Made by a program: the position numbers and the translations under genes
Shown: positions 8,673 to 17,318 of the stretch, one piece after another
How the letters are laid out: each line of letters starts with the position of its first letter
How positions within the stretch are numbered: the first letter of the stretch is position 1
Notes under the pieces: model-generated
What the model was told of the DNA's origin: nothing
What the model saw: the letters and a program-made list of their open reading frames with translations, nothing else
Databases searched by the model: none
Origin: a virus
Taxonomy: Duplodnaviria; Caudoviricetes
IMG/VR virus record: IMGVR_UViG_3300021255_000062
Coordinates: 1-64,000 of that record
Direction: 5' to 3' (one strand)
DNA length: 64,000 nucleotides

Positions 8673-10070
8673 CTATAAATCTCCTACCATATAACTAGCA
8701 TACGTACTCCAATTAGTAGCCTCTTGATACGCCGTTAAACTAGCCGCAGGTACATGTATTCTCAAAAATGAATGAGCATCAATAGACGCATACTCTAAAG
8801 TTGGTGGAGTTTCGGGATATAGATATAAATCTTCCAAGGAATAAGCATTGGTTAAAAATGTGCTACCCACTACAGCTGTACAATCTGCCCTAACCGTAAA
8901 TCTTTTTAATCCGTATAAATTATTAAAGCTACTTAGAGAGCCAGTTCCAGAGTAATAACCTGGACCACTTATTTCTTCTAACGAATAACAGTTAAGAAAA
9001 GATCCTCTTGGCTCATGAAAACCGCATTGTAATCTTAACCGTTTTAAAGCGGGTGCATTTTGAATCATATAAGTTCCTGCAAATTCAATGTCTTCTTCTG
9101 AATACGGAAAAGATAGATGTTCTAAAACATAAGCATAAGATAAAAATTCATAATTAACATTTATAAAATTTAAATTTAAATGTTTAAGAAATTTTGTTTT
9201 TTCGAACATATTATTTCCTGTTGGTGGTGTATTGTATGGAATAACAACATACTCAATTCTAGTATTTTTAAATAATAATGGATTCCAAGTCATTATCCAT
9301 CTATGATTTATGTCTTTACCGAAATATATAGTACCAACAACCGCCTCTTTTGGACTAAACACATCTCCACCGCTTGACTTGTTCCACAGTGTATTCCCAA
9401 CCTTCAAATGATATTTTCCATATTCACTATATGTATGAGAAAAAGTTCCAGTTTCAGTTGTTGTTTCAACATTTCCATCTCCCCAGTCAATAGTAGAGGC
9501 ATTATACTGTCCCACTGAAAAATCTAATCCCGTTTTCTCATCTAATTCAATAAAAAAATGTGTCTTACCATCTGTTGGATAATATATAGCTCCAATATCT
9601 GCGGGATATTTTATAGAATGTAATTGTTCCAAAGTCCAATTCCAACACAGTGGTGTCAATGGAACAATATCATTGCTGTGATCTGGAAAGTCAGGCATTG
9701 CCGTCATGGTTTTTGCCTCAGCCATAGAACATGAATATAATAGAGTCCCCTCATAATCCCAAAAACAAACCTCATCGCTTTCTTTTGGCGTTCTAATATT
9801 AACAGATACACTTGAATATCCATCTAAACTGTCATCAGAAGGGTCGTATTCGCCGTTCTTAGTAATTACTTTGCTTGCAAGTAATGTACCTCCACCAGTA
9901 ATATTACCTGTAATACCTGTGGCATTAGCTTCATCTTTTACAATAACGCTGCCACCCTCATCAATAATCTCAATATCATCCTCTAACCAAGTTCCCTTAG
10001 TAGTCAGCTTCTTCGTCTCATTCTCAAGAGTCGCTATTGTATTACCTTTATAATTTACTGTTGTACTCAT
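8673..10070 (-). CDS. LRR (BspA-like) protein with PKD-like IDWGDG motif, putative fibre/adhesin
   Basis: ITKNGEY...DGYSSVSVNI; IDWGDG; PETPPTL...IHVPAASLTAYQEATNWS LRR cap. Confidence 0.7.
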   Translation of the reverse strand: MSTTVNYKGNTIATLENETKKLTTKGTWLEDDIEIIDEGGSVIVKDEANATGITGNITGGGTLLASKVITKNGEYDPSDDSLDGYSSVSVNIRTPKESDEVCFWDYEGTLLYSCSMAEAKTMTAMPDFPDHSNDIVPLTPLCWNWTLEQLHSIKYPADIGAIYYPTDGKTHFFIELDEKTGLDFSVGQYNASTIDWGDGNVETTTETGTFSHTYSEYGKYHLKVGNTLWNKSSGGDVFSPKEAVVGTIYFGKDINHRWIMTWNPLLFKNTRIEYVVIPYNTPPTGNNMFEKTKFLKHLNLNFINVNYEFLSYAYVLEHLSFPYSEEDIEFAGTYMIQNAPALKRLRLQCGFHEPRGSFLNCYSLEEISGPGYYSGTGSLSSFNNLYGLKRFTVRADCTAVVGSTFLTNAYSLEDLYLYPETPPTLEYASIDAHSFLRIHVPAASLTAYQEATNWSTYASYMVGDL

Positions 10071-11299
10071 GAACTAACACCTCCGTTATAAACTGGGAGT
10101 GTTACGGAAGAAGTCGTACCGTCAGAACCCGTAAGTGTGATTACATTAGAGGAAATTGAAAGGGATTGTGTAATTTTTGGATGCACATGGTCTGCTCTGG
10201 CATAAGCCGTTGATACACCTACTGCGCCCGTACCATCGGATGATGGGGTTGTTGACGATGCAGTTGGAATTGAAGGTAAATCTGAATTAACCCACATACT
10301 GTTTGTATCGTCATAAGTTAGTATCTGTCCATCGATAGCGCTATCTATATCATTAGGAATTCCTATATATGTATATTCACAGCTATATTTACCCCCTATT
10401 TCAGCTACTGCCGCAGGAATTTGGGTTTCAGTAACTTTAATTTCACAGAACCCGTTATTAAAAACTACGGCGGACTCTGTTGGAGAATCTATAATATCTG
10501 AAAGTTGATACTGCCCAGTTGGTACAGTAGAAGCATCAATGAATGCGAATACTGGCTTTTCAGAATAATAAACATCTGAAATTTCACTAGGACTCTTGTC
10601 GCTAACTAAAGTTGTCGCAGAATTTCTATCTGTAATATTGATGGTATAAGGGGTGGGTTTTACAGTTTTCGTCCATTCGTTGACGCTTGAATCGGTGTTG
10701 GTGAAGATTATTGTGTCGCTAGTTTTTGGGTCGATATAATAAATATATTTTTTTCTGCGTTCAGTGAGTATTTGAATATTAGAATAATCATAATCTTCAA
10801 TAGTGGGATTATATATCGATGCGTTTAAGTTACAATATACGTCAGACAATAAGTTAAAATTTTCAAACGGGGTTATCACCCATTTATTACTATTATTATC
10901 TATCCATATATGTCTACTAACAACAGTTACAGTATCGTTAGTGTTTACAGCCAATAAATAATCAGTGTTTTCAAAAAATATTTCCGAAATAGAACCTTCA
11001 CCAATATAGTATAAGGAACCTCCAGACAATGTAGCCGTTACACAACATGTTTTGCCGTTGCGAATAGCGGTTGCAATTTCCTCATAGGTTGCACTTAATG
11101 TGTAATTTTCAACAGAAGCATAGCTCATAGTAATAACAAAAACTTCCTTATCATTCCGAAGTTCTTCAATTGCCCCATTAATATCACTCACATCATTTTC
11201 AACATTACTTACACTATTCTCAACACCAACAATCCTCTGAGTAATGGCGGCAACAACTTTTCTAAGATGGGAGAGGGTTAAATAATCTTGAACTGCCAT
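10067..11299 (-). CDS. putative tail fibre protein
   Basis: GQILTYD...WVN and AVGVSTAYARADHVHP fibre motifs. Confidence 0.65.
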   Translation of the reverse strand: MAVQDYLTLSHLRKVVAAITQRIVGVENSVSNVENDVSDINGAIEELRNDKEVFVITMSYASVENYTLSATYEEIATAIRNGKTCCVTATLSGGSLYYIGEGSISEIFFENTDYLLAVNTNDTVTVVSRHIWIDNNSNKWVITPFENFNLLSDVYCNLNASIYNPTIEDYDYSNIQILTERRKKYIYYIDPKTSDTIIFTNTDSSVNEWTKTVKPTPYTINITDRNSATTLVSDKSPSEISDVYYSEKPVFAFIDASTVPTGQYQLSDIIDSPTESAVVFNNGFCEIKVTETQIPAAVAEIGGKYSCEYTYIGIPNDIDSAIDGQILTYDDTNSMWVNSDLPSIPTASSTTPSSDGTGAVGVSTAYARADHVHPKITQSLSISSNVITLTGSDGTTSSVTLPVYNGGVSS

Positions 11300-11320
11300 T
11301 ATTTAATCACCTTCCTTTTA

Positions 11321-11611
11321 TTACTTTCCTGCCGAGTCTTCATTTTCAGAATAAAAACTAATATTTTTTGGCACATACAGATCTACCGAGGTTGTAGTTT
11401 CCGAAGGATAAATATAGGTTTGATGAAAGCTATCACCAACAGCGATACTAAATTCACCGCTAGTATTTTTCAAAAACGCATTCGTAACAGAAAATGTCTG
11501 TATGGCTCCATTGTTTTCTAAAAGCAAAATAGGTTTAAAATTATCCATTGCCTCTAAAACTACATTAAATAATTCTGTATTATAAATATTATTATTTATT
11601 GGACTTGCCAT
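11321..11611 (-). CDS. hypothetical protein
   Basis: ORF in co-directional operon. Confidence 0.55.
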   Translation of the reverse strand: MASPINNNIYNTELFNVVLEAMDNFKPILLLENNGAIQTFSVTNAFLKNTSGEFSIAVGDSFHQTYIYPSETTTSVDLYVPKNISFYSENEDSAGK

Positions 11612-11612
11612 A

Positions 11613-11807
11613 TTACTTCACACCCCCTCCAGATTCTCCGCCTTCATTCTCATAATCATCCAAATTAACAACGCACACTCCACCGCCGCCAACTTCGCCA
11701 GTAAACCTCTTAATTCTGCCGCCCCTCTCAACGAGAATTGTATCAGTATCTTGTAAAGAGTCAACTTCTTCTAACTCACCTAAAGTAATTGTACTTAATT
11801 CAGCCAT
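11613..11807 (-). CDS. hypothetical acidic Gly-rich protein
   Basis: GAGGTGA RBS. Confidence 0.6.
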   Translation of the reverse strand: MAELSTITLGELEEVDSLQDTDTILVERGGRIKRFTGEVGGGGVCVVNLDDYENEGGESGGGVK

Positions 11808-11819
11808 TCTATCACCTCT

Positions 11820-12011
11820 TTATCCTAAAACAATATTGTTATCTGCATCAGTTATAATTTTGTTATCTGCATCAGCAACGGGCGCAGAATAACCAAATTC
11901 GGTTAATAGGTTTAGTACGTTTATATCGTCTTCAGGTTGGGGAATTAATGCTTTTATTTTTTCCCAAACTTGCCCCAATCCAATTTTATCTAAATATTTA
12001 TAGGTAGCCAT
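11820..12011 (-). CDS. hypothetical structural protein (YLDxxGL motif)
   Basis: GGGGGT RBS; KYLDKIGLGQVWEKIK N-terminus typical of fibre-associated proteins. Confidence 0.6.
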   Translation of the reverse strand: MATYKYLDKIGLGQVWEKIKALIPQPEDDINVLNLLTEFGYSAPVADADNKIITDADNNIVLG

Positions 12012-12023
12012 CTAAATTACCCC

Positions 12024-13049
12024 CTATACACATATAGCGTCAATTTCAGATAATGTAATCGCTACCATGTCACTATCCTCAATATATCCACTCAAATCAA
12101 TATCCGTATTTCCGATTTTCTCCCAACCACTACTAACATAAATATACTCATCATAAATATCCCGATCACCATGAGTATGAGCAATTAAATAAATTGTTCC
12201 TTTCTCGCCTGTAGCTGGCAGACTCTCTACAATAGAATATTCAAATCCACTTATATTAGCTAGCGCGCTCTCAATTGCGGCTGTAACATCAGACGCCGTC
12301 TGGAATCCCGCGCCATTGGTCAACTCATTGGTATTCGTAGGAACAGTAATATTCGCAATTTTATTCGTAATCTCTACATCAATTCCATTTTTTTGAATAC
12401 CTTCGAGAACATTCACTTGCGCGCCATCGGCAACATTCGCAAGTTTTGTCTTTTCATTTGACGTATAATCGTTTGTCGATAAGCCCTTACCGTCTACTTT
12501 ATCTACTTTTTCAGATAACGTATCTTTAATTTCTTTTGATACTAAAGCCACCCCTTTCGATGTAACTGGCTTATTATTATCTTCAGCAACATCGTCAGTA
12601 GAATCCACAGAAACTTGTCCTGTTTGTGCGTCAACTTTTAATCCATCACCGACCGCAAAGGTGGCTACAATACCAGAATCAATATATTCATCCCTACTGT
12701 CATCATATACGAACCAATTATTATTTTGCCCCACATAAGGAGAGTGTCCATCTCTACCCTTCAGTGAAATAGGTGTAGTATAAGAATCACCATTGGTATA
12801 TATAATTGTAAGAAAGCCATCCGGATTCATAGACATTGAGTCAATACCGTTACCGACTAACGATTGTAACCACTCTTCCTCAGTACCAACGAATCCGCTT
12901 TTTACAGCTACTTCGTAAGCAGATAAACCCTTAAGAACTGTAGCCATAATATTCCCAGATATTTGACTTTTATCCGAAACTGTACCAGTTATATTCCCAC
13001 TAATATCTTTATAATTATTAACAGTTCCAGCTATATTATTCTTACTCAT
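12024..13049 (-). CDS. virion fibre/structural protein
   Basis: GLSAYEVAV..GFVGTEEEWLQSL, DKVDGKGLSTNDYT, LPATGEKGTIYLI...WEKIG motifs. Confidence 0.7.
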   Translation of the reverse strand: MSKNNIAGTVNNYKDISGNITGTVSDKSQISGNIMATVLKGLSAYEVAVKSGFVGTEEEWLQSLVGNGIDSMSMNPDGFLTIIYTNGDSYTTPISLKGRDGHSPYVGQNNNWFVYDDSRDEYIDSGIVATFAVGDGLKVDAQTGQVSVDSTDDVAEDNNKPVTSKGVALVSKEIKDTLSEKVDKVDGKGLSTNDYTSNEKTKLANVADGAQVNVLEGIQKNGIDVEITNKIANITVPTNTNELTNGAGFQTASDVTAAIESALANISGFEYSIVESLPATGEKGTIYLIAHTHGDRDIYDEYIYVSSGWEKIGNTDIDLSGYIEDSDMVAITLSEIDAICV

Positions 13050-13398
13050 TTGGCATCGTCACCTCATCAAGGAGCTTAAATGGGCTCGACGGAATAAATG
13101 TAAAAATGTCACCGTTGGCAGTCTCTAATTGTGCATCCCAATAATATGTTTTAACTTCCAAATCTGAAGTTTGGGATGGAATAATGTGCCAAATAATTTC
13201 ATCATTTTGTATCTCTATATTTCCTTCGAAAATTAGTTCTCCTGTATTAGGAACATCCCTAACCTGTACTCTAACTTTATCTTCTTCTTGTAAAGGATAA
13301 GTACCATTTTCTGTATTAATTGTTAAAGTAATATAGGCGGAATCTCCTCTAGTAAGCAAAATTTTAGTAGTATCCTTGCTTTTAGTTATTTTTAGCAC
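13042..13398 (-). CDS. BppU-like N-terminal (baseplate adaptor) domain protein
   Basis: AGGAGG RBS before GTG 13398; LTRGDS...T..L....Y.WD.QL motif. Confidence 0.65.
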   Translation of the reverse strand: MLKITKSKDTTKILLTRGDSAYITLTINTENGTYPLQEEDKVRVQVRDVPNTGELIFEGNIEIQNDEIIWHIIPSQTSDLEVKTYYWDAQLETANGDIFTFIPSSPFKLLDEVTMPNE

Positions 13399-13479
13399 TA
13401 TAGACACCTCCTTTAAAAACTTGTTCACTATTTTATAAGTAACAAAACCTTTTACATAGTTCGTCTTTTTCAAACAAAA

Positions 13480-13504
13480 AAACGGACGCACTTGGCGCCC
13501 GTTT
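13480..13504 (-). terminator. intrinsic terminator after six-gene module
   Basis: AAACGGGCGC-CAA-GTGCGTCCGTTT hairpin followed by a T run on minus strand. Confidence 0.65.
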
Positions 13505-13515
13505 CATCAATTAAC

Positions 13516-14049
13516 CTATTTGTTCATTTCTGCTATTGTCTTTTGAATAGATTCCTTAACTTTTACGTCTTGGGTTTTATTCATAAGCTCTTGTAATTCT
13601 TCAATTACTTCTTGTTTTCCAGTACGTGAATACCCACGATTATAGCCATTTCGTTCATACATAGGTAAGTCATATCCGGGATGATACATATATGAATTAC
13701 CATCATCCATATAACTATTTCGACCCATGCGGCCGCCATCGTAGCCCCTATCCATAGAATATCCATAAGGACCTCCTTGACCACCTCGGCTGCCACGCAT
13801 GTAAGAGTTCATCCCAGGCTGATAGTCAGCATCAATATAATATTTCCTCTGACTATAACCTCTATCCATACCCATTTCGCTTTCTTCTTTCTCTTTTTGA
13901 TAATGCTCAATTTTCTCTAAATTTTTTGCAGAATCTAATAAGTCCTTCAAAATATCTAAAGTTTCATGAGAAAGTTTACCTTCTTTAGCAATATCGTCTA
14001 ACTCTCCACAAATCATCGTACGGAGAGTATCCATTGTTTTCCTTTCCAT
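13516..14049 (-). CDS. hypothetical protein with central G/Y/M/R/S-rich low-complexity region
   Basis: GGAGG RBS; MDRGY repeats. Confidence 0.75.
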   Translation of the reverse strand: MERKTMDTLRTMICGELDDIAKEGKLSHETLDILKDLLDSAKNLEKIEHYQKEKEESEMGMDRGYSQRKYYIDADYQPGMNSYMRGSRGGQGGPYGYSMDRGYDGGRMGRNSYMDDGNSYMYHPGYDLPMYERNGYNRGYSRTGKQEVIEELQELMNKTQDVKVKESIQKTIAEMNK

Positions 14050-14059
14050 TTCAATCCTC

Positions 14060-14512
14060 CTATGCGATTCTTGTGATTACCAAGTTAGAATTTGTTACGT
14101 TAATTGATGGTGCAGGAGTCCCCGCAGCATCATCAACTAATCCACTTACTGCTCTAACACCAATACTGAAACAACAACCTCTTGGTACTGTAACAATCGC
14201 TGTACTAGTAACATTATTATACTCTTCCACTGCCGCTGGAGTAACAATTGCTCTACTTGTAGGCCTAGCTTCGCCATTAACAGTAATGGCTACAGCAATA
14301 GGACCGACAGTTCCACCAGTGGGTACTGCAATATTTCCGTTAAAAGTAACTTGGTATCTTGCAAAACATCCGGTGGTATTACTGCGCAGAATAAAAATTC
14401 CAGTTTCATCTTCGTGGATTACATTTCCACGATTACACGGAATAGAAGCGGTAAAAACAATTGGCTGATTAAGTTCAACCAGCTGGGTTGCATTTGCTAA
14501 ATATTCTGCCAT
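14060..14512 (-). CDS. hypothetical beta-sandwich protein (BclA-CTD/C1q-like by pattern)
   Basis: AGGAGG RBS; PIVF...G.F.L...YQVTFNGNI...NSNLVITRI pattern. Confidence 0.65.
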   Translation of the reverse strand: MAEYLANATQLVELNQPIVFTASIPCNRGNVIHEDETGIFILRSNTTGCFARYQVTFNGNIAVPTGGTVGPIAVAITVNGEARPTSRAIVTPAAVEEYNNVTSTAIVTVPRGCCFSIGVRAVSGLVDDAAGTPAPSINVTNSNLVITRIA

Positions 14513-14524
14513 AGTTACTACCTC

Positions 14525-15331
14525 CTAAAAAGCACAACCGCATCCACATCCAGTTGTGGTACCGCAATTACATCCATTAGGATTCTGAACAATATAAGCG
14601 GGACGAGGTACCGGTGCAAGATACTGCTCCAGAGCAGAAGTCTGAGCTTCGTTATTTGCGATAATCGCAGCTGTCTGCGCGCCCTGAGAAGCGGCAAGAT
14701 TAGCCATTGTGAGTTGTCTTTCAAGATCTGCAATTCTCTCATTTTTTGCATCAATTTTATCTTGACACATTGTATCGAGAATTCTTTGGATTCCAGCATT
14801 TTGATTAGTGAGAATGTCACGAATGCCGTCACTAAGTGCTGTTCTGTCAGCACAATTTTCTGTAGCAATTGTGTATTTGAGGTCTGCAGAAGCTAATCTG
14901 TTTTCGCAGCAACAATCAGCGAATTGAGATTGAAGTGCAAAATTCTGTTGCATATTAGCCATTTGACGTGCATTACTAGCAATTTCAGCTTGAGCAAAAC
15001 CATTAGAAATTGCGCTATTTGCTCCCGCAAATCCATTGCACAGTGCGGCCGCAGTATCAACGAAACCGTTAGTTACAGCACTTTGTACTCCGTTAATTCC
15101 ACCCATAACTGCGGACTGGTCAAATCCTCTTTGAACTTCGTTACCTACGCCTCCACCGTAGCCGTAGCCACCGAATCCATTACCCCAGTTACCGTTAAAC
15201 ATGAAAAGGAATAAAATAATAAGCCACCAGGCGCCATCTCCGCCCCAGCCGAAACCATTGTTTCCGTTATTTCCATTTCCAACTACAGCAGCCACGTCAG
15301 CAGCACTTAATTCTCCACTTGTTAAAGACAT
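14525..15331 (-). CDS. Gly/Asn-rich, hydrophobic-segment plus coiled-coil protein with CCC and Cys-rich tail
   Basis: AGGAGG RBS before ATG 15331; GFGWGGDGAWWLIILFLF, DCCCEN, GCNCG...CGCGC. Confidence 0.8.
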   Translation of the reverse strand: MSLTSGELSAADVAAVVGNGNNGNNGFGWGGDGAWWLIILFLFMFNGNWGNGFGGYGYGGGVGNEVQRGFDQSAVMGGINGVQSAVTNGFVDTAAALCNGFAGANSAISNGFAQAEIASNARQMANMQQNFALQSQFADCCCENRLASADLKYTIATENCADRTALSDGIRDILTNQNAGIQRILDTMCQDKIDAKNERIADLERQLTMANLAASQGAQTAAIIANNEAQTSALEQYLAPVPRPAYIVQNPNGCNCGTTTGCGCGCAF

Positions 15332-15387
15332 ATATCGTCTACCTCCTATGTAAGAAAAACAATATAAGATAGACACAAGACTGAATT

Positions 15388-15603
15388 TTACTTAATAAGT
15401 TGTCGCAACTGATTAGCGGTTTGAGCAAATTGATTAAATTGTTCTTGGCTCATTTTCCCAGAGCTAAGAAGTTGTTTGACTTGTTGTTCTGGGTTGCCAT
15501 TAAAAATTGATTTGAACTGATTAAATCGAGTTAAAAAATTATTCATTGAGTTATTCTGTTGAGGAATAGGTGAAGACTGAAAAAAATTATATAATGAACT
15601 CAT
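15388..15603 (-). CDS. small Gln/Asn-rich protein
   Basis: AGGAGGAG RBS before ATG 15603; NPEQQVKQLLSSGKMSQEQFNQ. Confidence 0.75.
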   Translation of the reverse strand: MSSLYNFFQSSPIPQQNNSMNNFLTRFNQFKSIFNGNPEQQVKQLLSSGKMSQEQFNQFAQTANQLRQLIK

Positions 15604-15997
15604 TAGGTTTCTCCTCCTTCTTCGGTGCAAGGCTTTGTTTCAAGTCATTTAATATTTGTTTAAGTTCTTCGTGCGTAACATATTCACCCTGCGCCGGTGC
15701 CTTATTTTCTTCAACTCCAACTTCTTTATATTCAAAAATACGTAAGGGAAGTGGCATACCGGTTGCATCAGAAGATTTTACATAGAATACGTTGTTCTCG
15801 CTATCCATTAGTAAAACTTTTTGCCCCGGTGATACAGGAACTGATCTCGCGCCAGCCTCACCCTGAACCCAATTAATAGCGCCTAACTGATTTGTTGGTG
15901 CCACTTGCGCGCCTATTGATTGGTTCGGCGCCATATTATTATATCCATACATTGTATTTGAATATGATTGCGGAAAATAATTATTATAACCTGCCAT
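15587..15997 (-). CDS. hypothetical protein with Y/N/Q-rich N-terminus
   Basis: AAGGAG RBS; WVQGEAGA...LLMDSE...FYVKS.D..G motif. Confidence 0.75.
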   Translation of the reverse strand: MAGYNNYFPQSYSNTMYGYNNMAPNQSIGAQVAPTNQLGAINWVQGEAGARSVPVSPGQKVLLMDSENNVFYVKSSDATGMPLPLRIFEYKEVGVEENKAPAQGEYVTHEELKQILNDLKQSLAPKKEEKPNEFII

Positions 15998-15999
15998 TT

Positions 16000-16377
16000 T
16001 TAACTCCTTTTAAAATAATAAATAGGTATTTCATTACCGGAATCCCATGAATCGAAGTAGTTTCCATTAATAACACATACTACATGTTCTCCAGTACCTA
16101 CTATGAAGGTTCCGTATGGAAAATCATAACAAAAATCTTTAATTGTATAACAGTCTGGACACGTATCGGGTAATTGATATTTTTTAAATCCATTTATTTT
16201 TAAGAATTGTCCCCAAACTCTATTAGCCGATGGCATATCATACATTTTAAACCCCAAATCTGCTAGTGCGTAGTAGGTCTGATCCCATGAAATATTTAAT
16301 GCGCATGAGATCGCTCTTATAGTACAATCTCCTACTGATAATTTTAATGGATTTGGATTATAATATATATAAGACAT
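16000..16377 (-). CDS. putative Cys-His-Asp peptidase-like protein
   Basis: NPNP...GDCTIRAI, GEHVVCV, YFDSWDSG; AAGGAG RBS. Confidence 0.6.
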   Translation of the reverse strand: MSYIYYNPNPLKLSVGDCTIRAISCALNISWDQTYYALADLGFKMYDMPSANRVWGQFLKINGFKKYQLPDTCPDCYTIKDFCYDFPYGTFIVGTGEHVVCVINGNYFDSWDSGNEIPIYYFKRS

Positions 16378-16407
16378 ATTTACTTCTCCTTTTAATATAA
16401 AAAGAAA

Positions 16408-16433
16408 AGCCTAGAAGCAAACGCCTCTAGGCT
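16408..16433 (-). terminator. hairpin/terminator between lysis genes and six-gene module
   Basis: AGCCTAGA...TCTAGGCT inverted repeat with T-rich tail on minus strand. Confidence 0.55.
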
Positions 16434-16580
16434 TGAATAAAAAGTCTTGTGCCTATCGGCTACCAAATGAAGAAAATATTACATTTTCCTCATCCATATA
16501 TTAAGTAGACTTCTTTATTAAACAATATACAATTTTGGGTTAAATTGCCATTTTAAACAATTTTTATAGCAAAATGCCTT

Positions 16581-17315
16581 TTACTTCCATCTTAAAATGT
16601 AAGATATTTTCTTCTTCTTATAATAGTTGGTATTATAATCAACTATAATACCATCATATCCATTCTTTTTAGCTGCCGCGCGACCGCCATCGAAGAAGAG
16701 ATAACCCTTACCTGTATAGACAAAAGTATGGGTTAAACCGCTGAAACAACAAATATCTCCAGGTTTTAAATATTTCTTATCTACTGCTTCTTTAACAGTA
16801 TATTTTTTCCCGGATATTTTTTTAAGTTTCTTTTTCATAGATTCGGTGATATTAACAAATTTTCCATCTTTGGAATAAAAATTATCGCCTTTCGCGCCAA
16901 GTACGGCCAATCCCCACTTAATTGGAACAACACAGGTACTATGTATCTTTTTCCCCGAAGCCAGTTTCTTTTTGGCATCGTTATATGTTTTCGGAGTATT
17001 AGAAACACCATAGGAGATTTTTTTACCATACTTTTTAAATAGCTTATCTGCTTCCTCAAGTTGATGCACAAACTTTTGAGCATTGGTTTCAACAATTTTA
17101 ATAGTAATACTTTTAATTAATTTTCCCTTTTTGAGCAAATCAAGCATCTTTTTATTCTGCGCGCCAGTACCGGTATAATTTTTAATACCGTTTAAAGTAG
17201 CTATCTTTTTTCTATTCTCCATAGAAGAAGAAGCACCTATTTTTTTAAGTGCATCTACTATTGAATTGGATTTGCCCGTGTATCTTTTGTAATATGTGAT
17301 TATTTTCATAAGCAC
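16581..17315 (-). CDS. cell-wall-binding (DUF3597-like) plus NlpC/P60-like domain protein
   Basis: N-terminus repeats the endolysin C-terminal domain; TC...LKPGDI..F...H.FVY motif. Confidence 0.6.
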   Translation of the reverse strand: MLMKIITYYKRYTGKSNSIVDALKKIGASSSMENRKKIATLNGIKNYTGTGAQNKKMLDLLKKGKLIKSITIKIVETNAQKFVHQLEEADKLFKKYGKKISYGVSNTPKTYNDAKKKLASGKKIHSTCVVPIKWGLAVLGAKGDNFYSKDGKFVNITESMKKKLKKISGKKYTVKEAVDKKYLKPGDICCFSGLTHTFVYTGKGYLFFDGGRAAAKKNGYDGIIVDYNTNYYKKKKISYILRWK

Positions 17316-17318
17316 TCC

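Noticed and set aside
4750-11299. Diversity-generating retroelement or invertase shufflon acting on receptor-binding genes
   Set aside because: No reverse transcriptase or recombinase, no adenine-specific TR/VR pair and no inverted cassettes noticed in the window.
11321-11807. Possible frameshift or split joining 11613-11807 with 11321-11611
   Set aside because: The second ORF has its own GGGGGTG RBS and ATG; no slippery site or broken motif is recognisable.
14034-15214. Overlapping or antisense ORFs (14034-14468+, 14518-14868-, 14924-15214+) and similar shadow ORFs elsewhere
   Set aside because: They lie opposite or out of frame with well-supported genes, lack RBSs and show no motifs.
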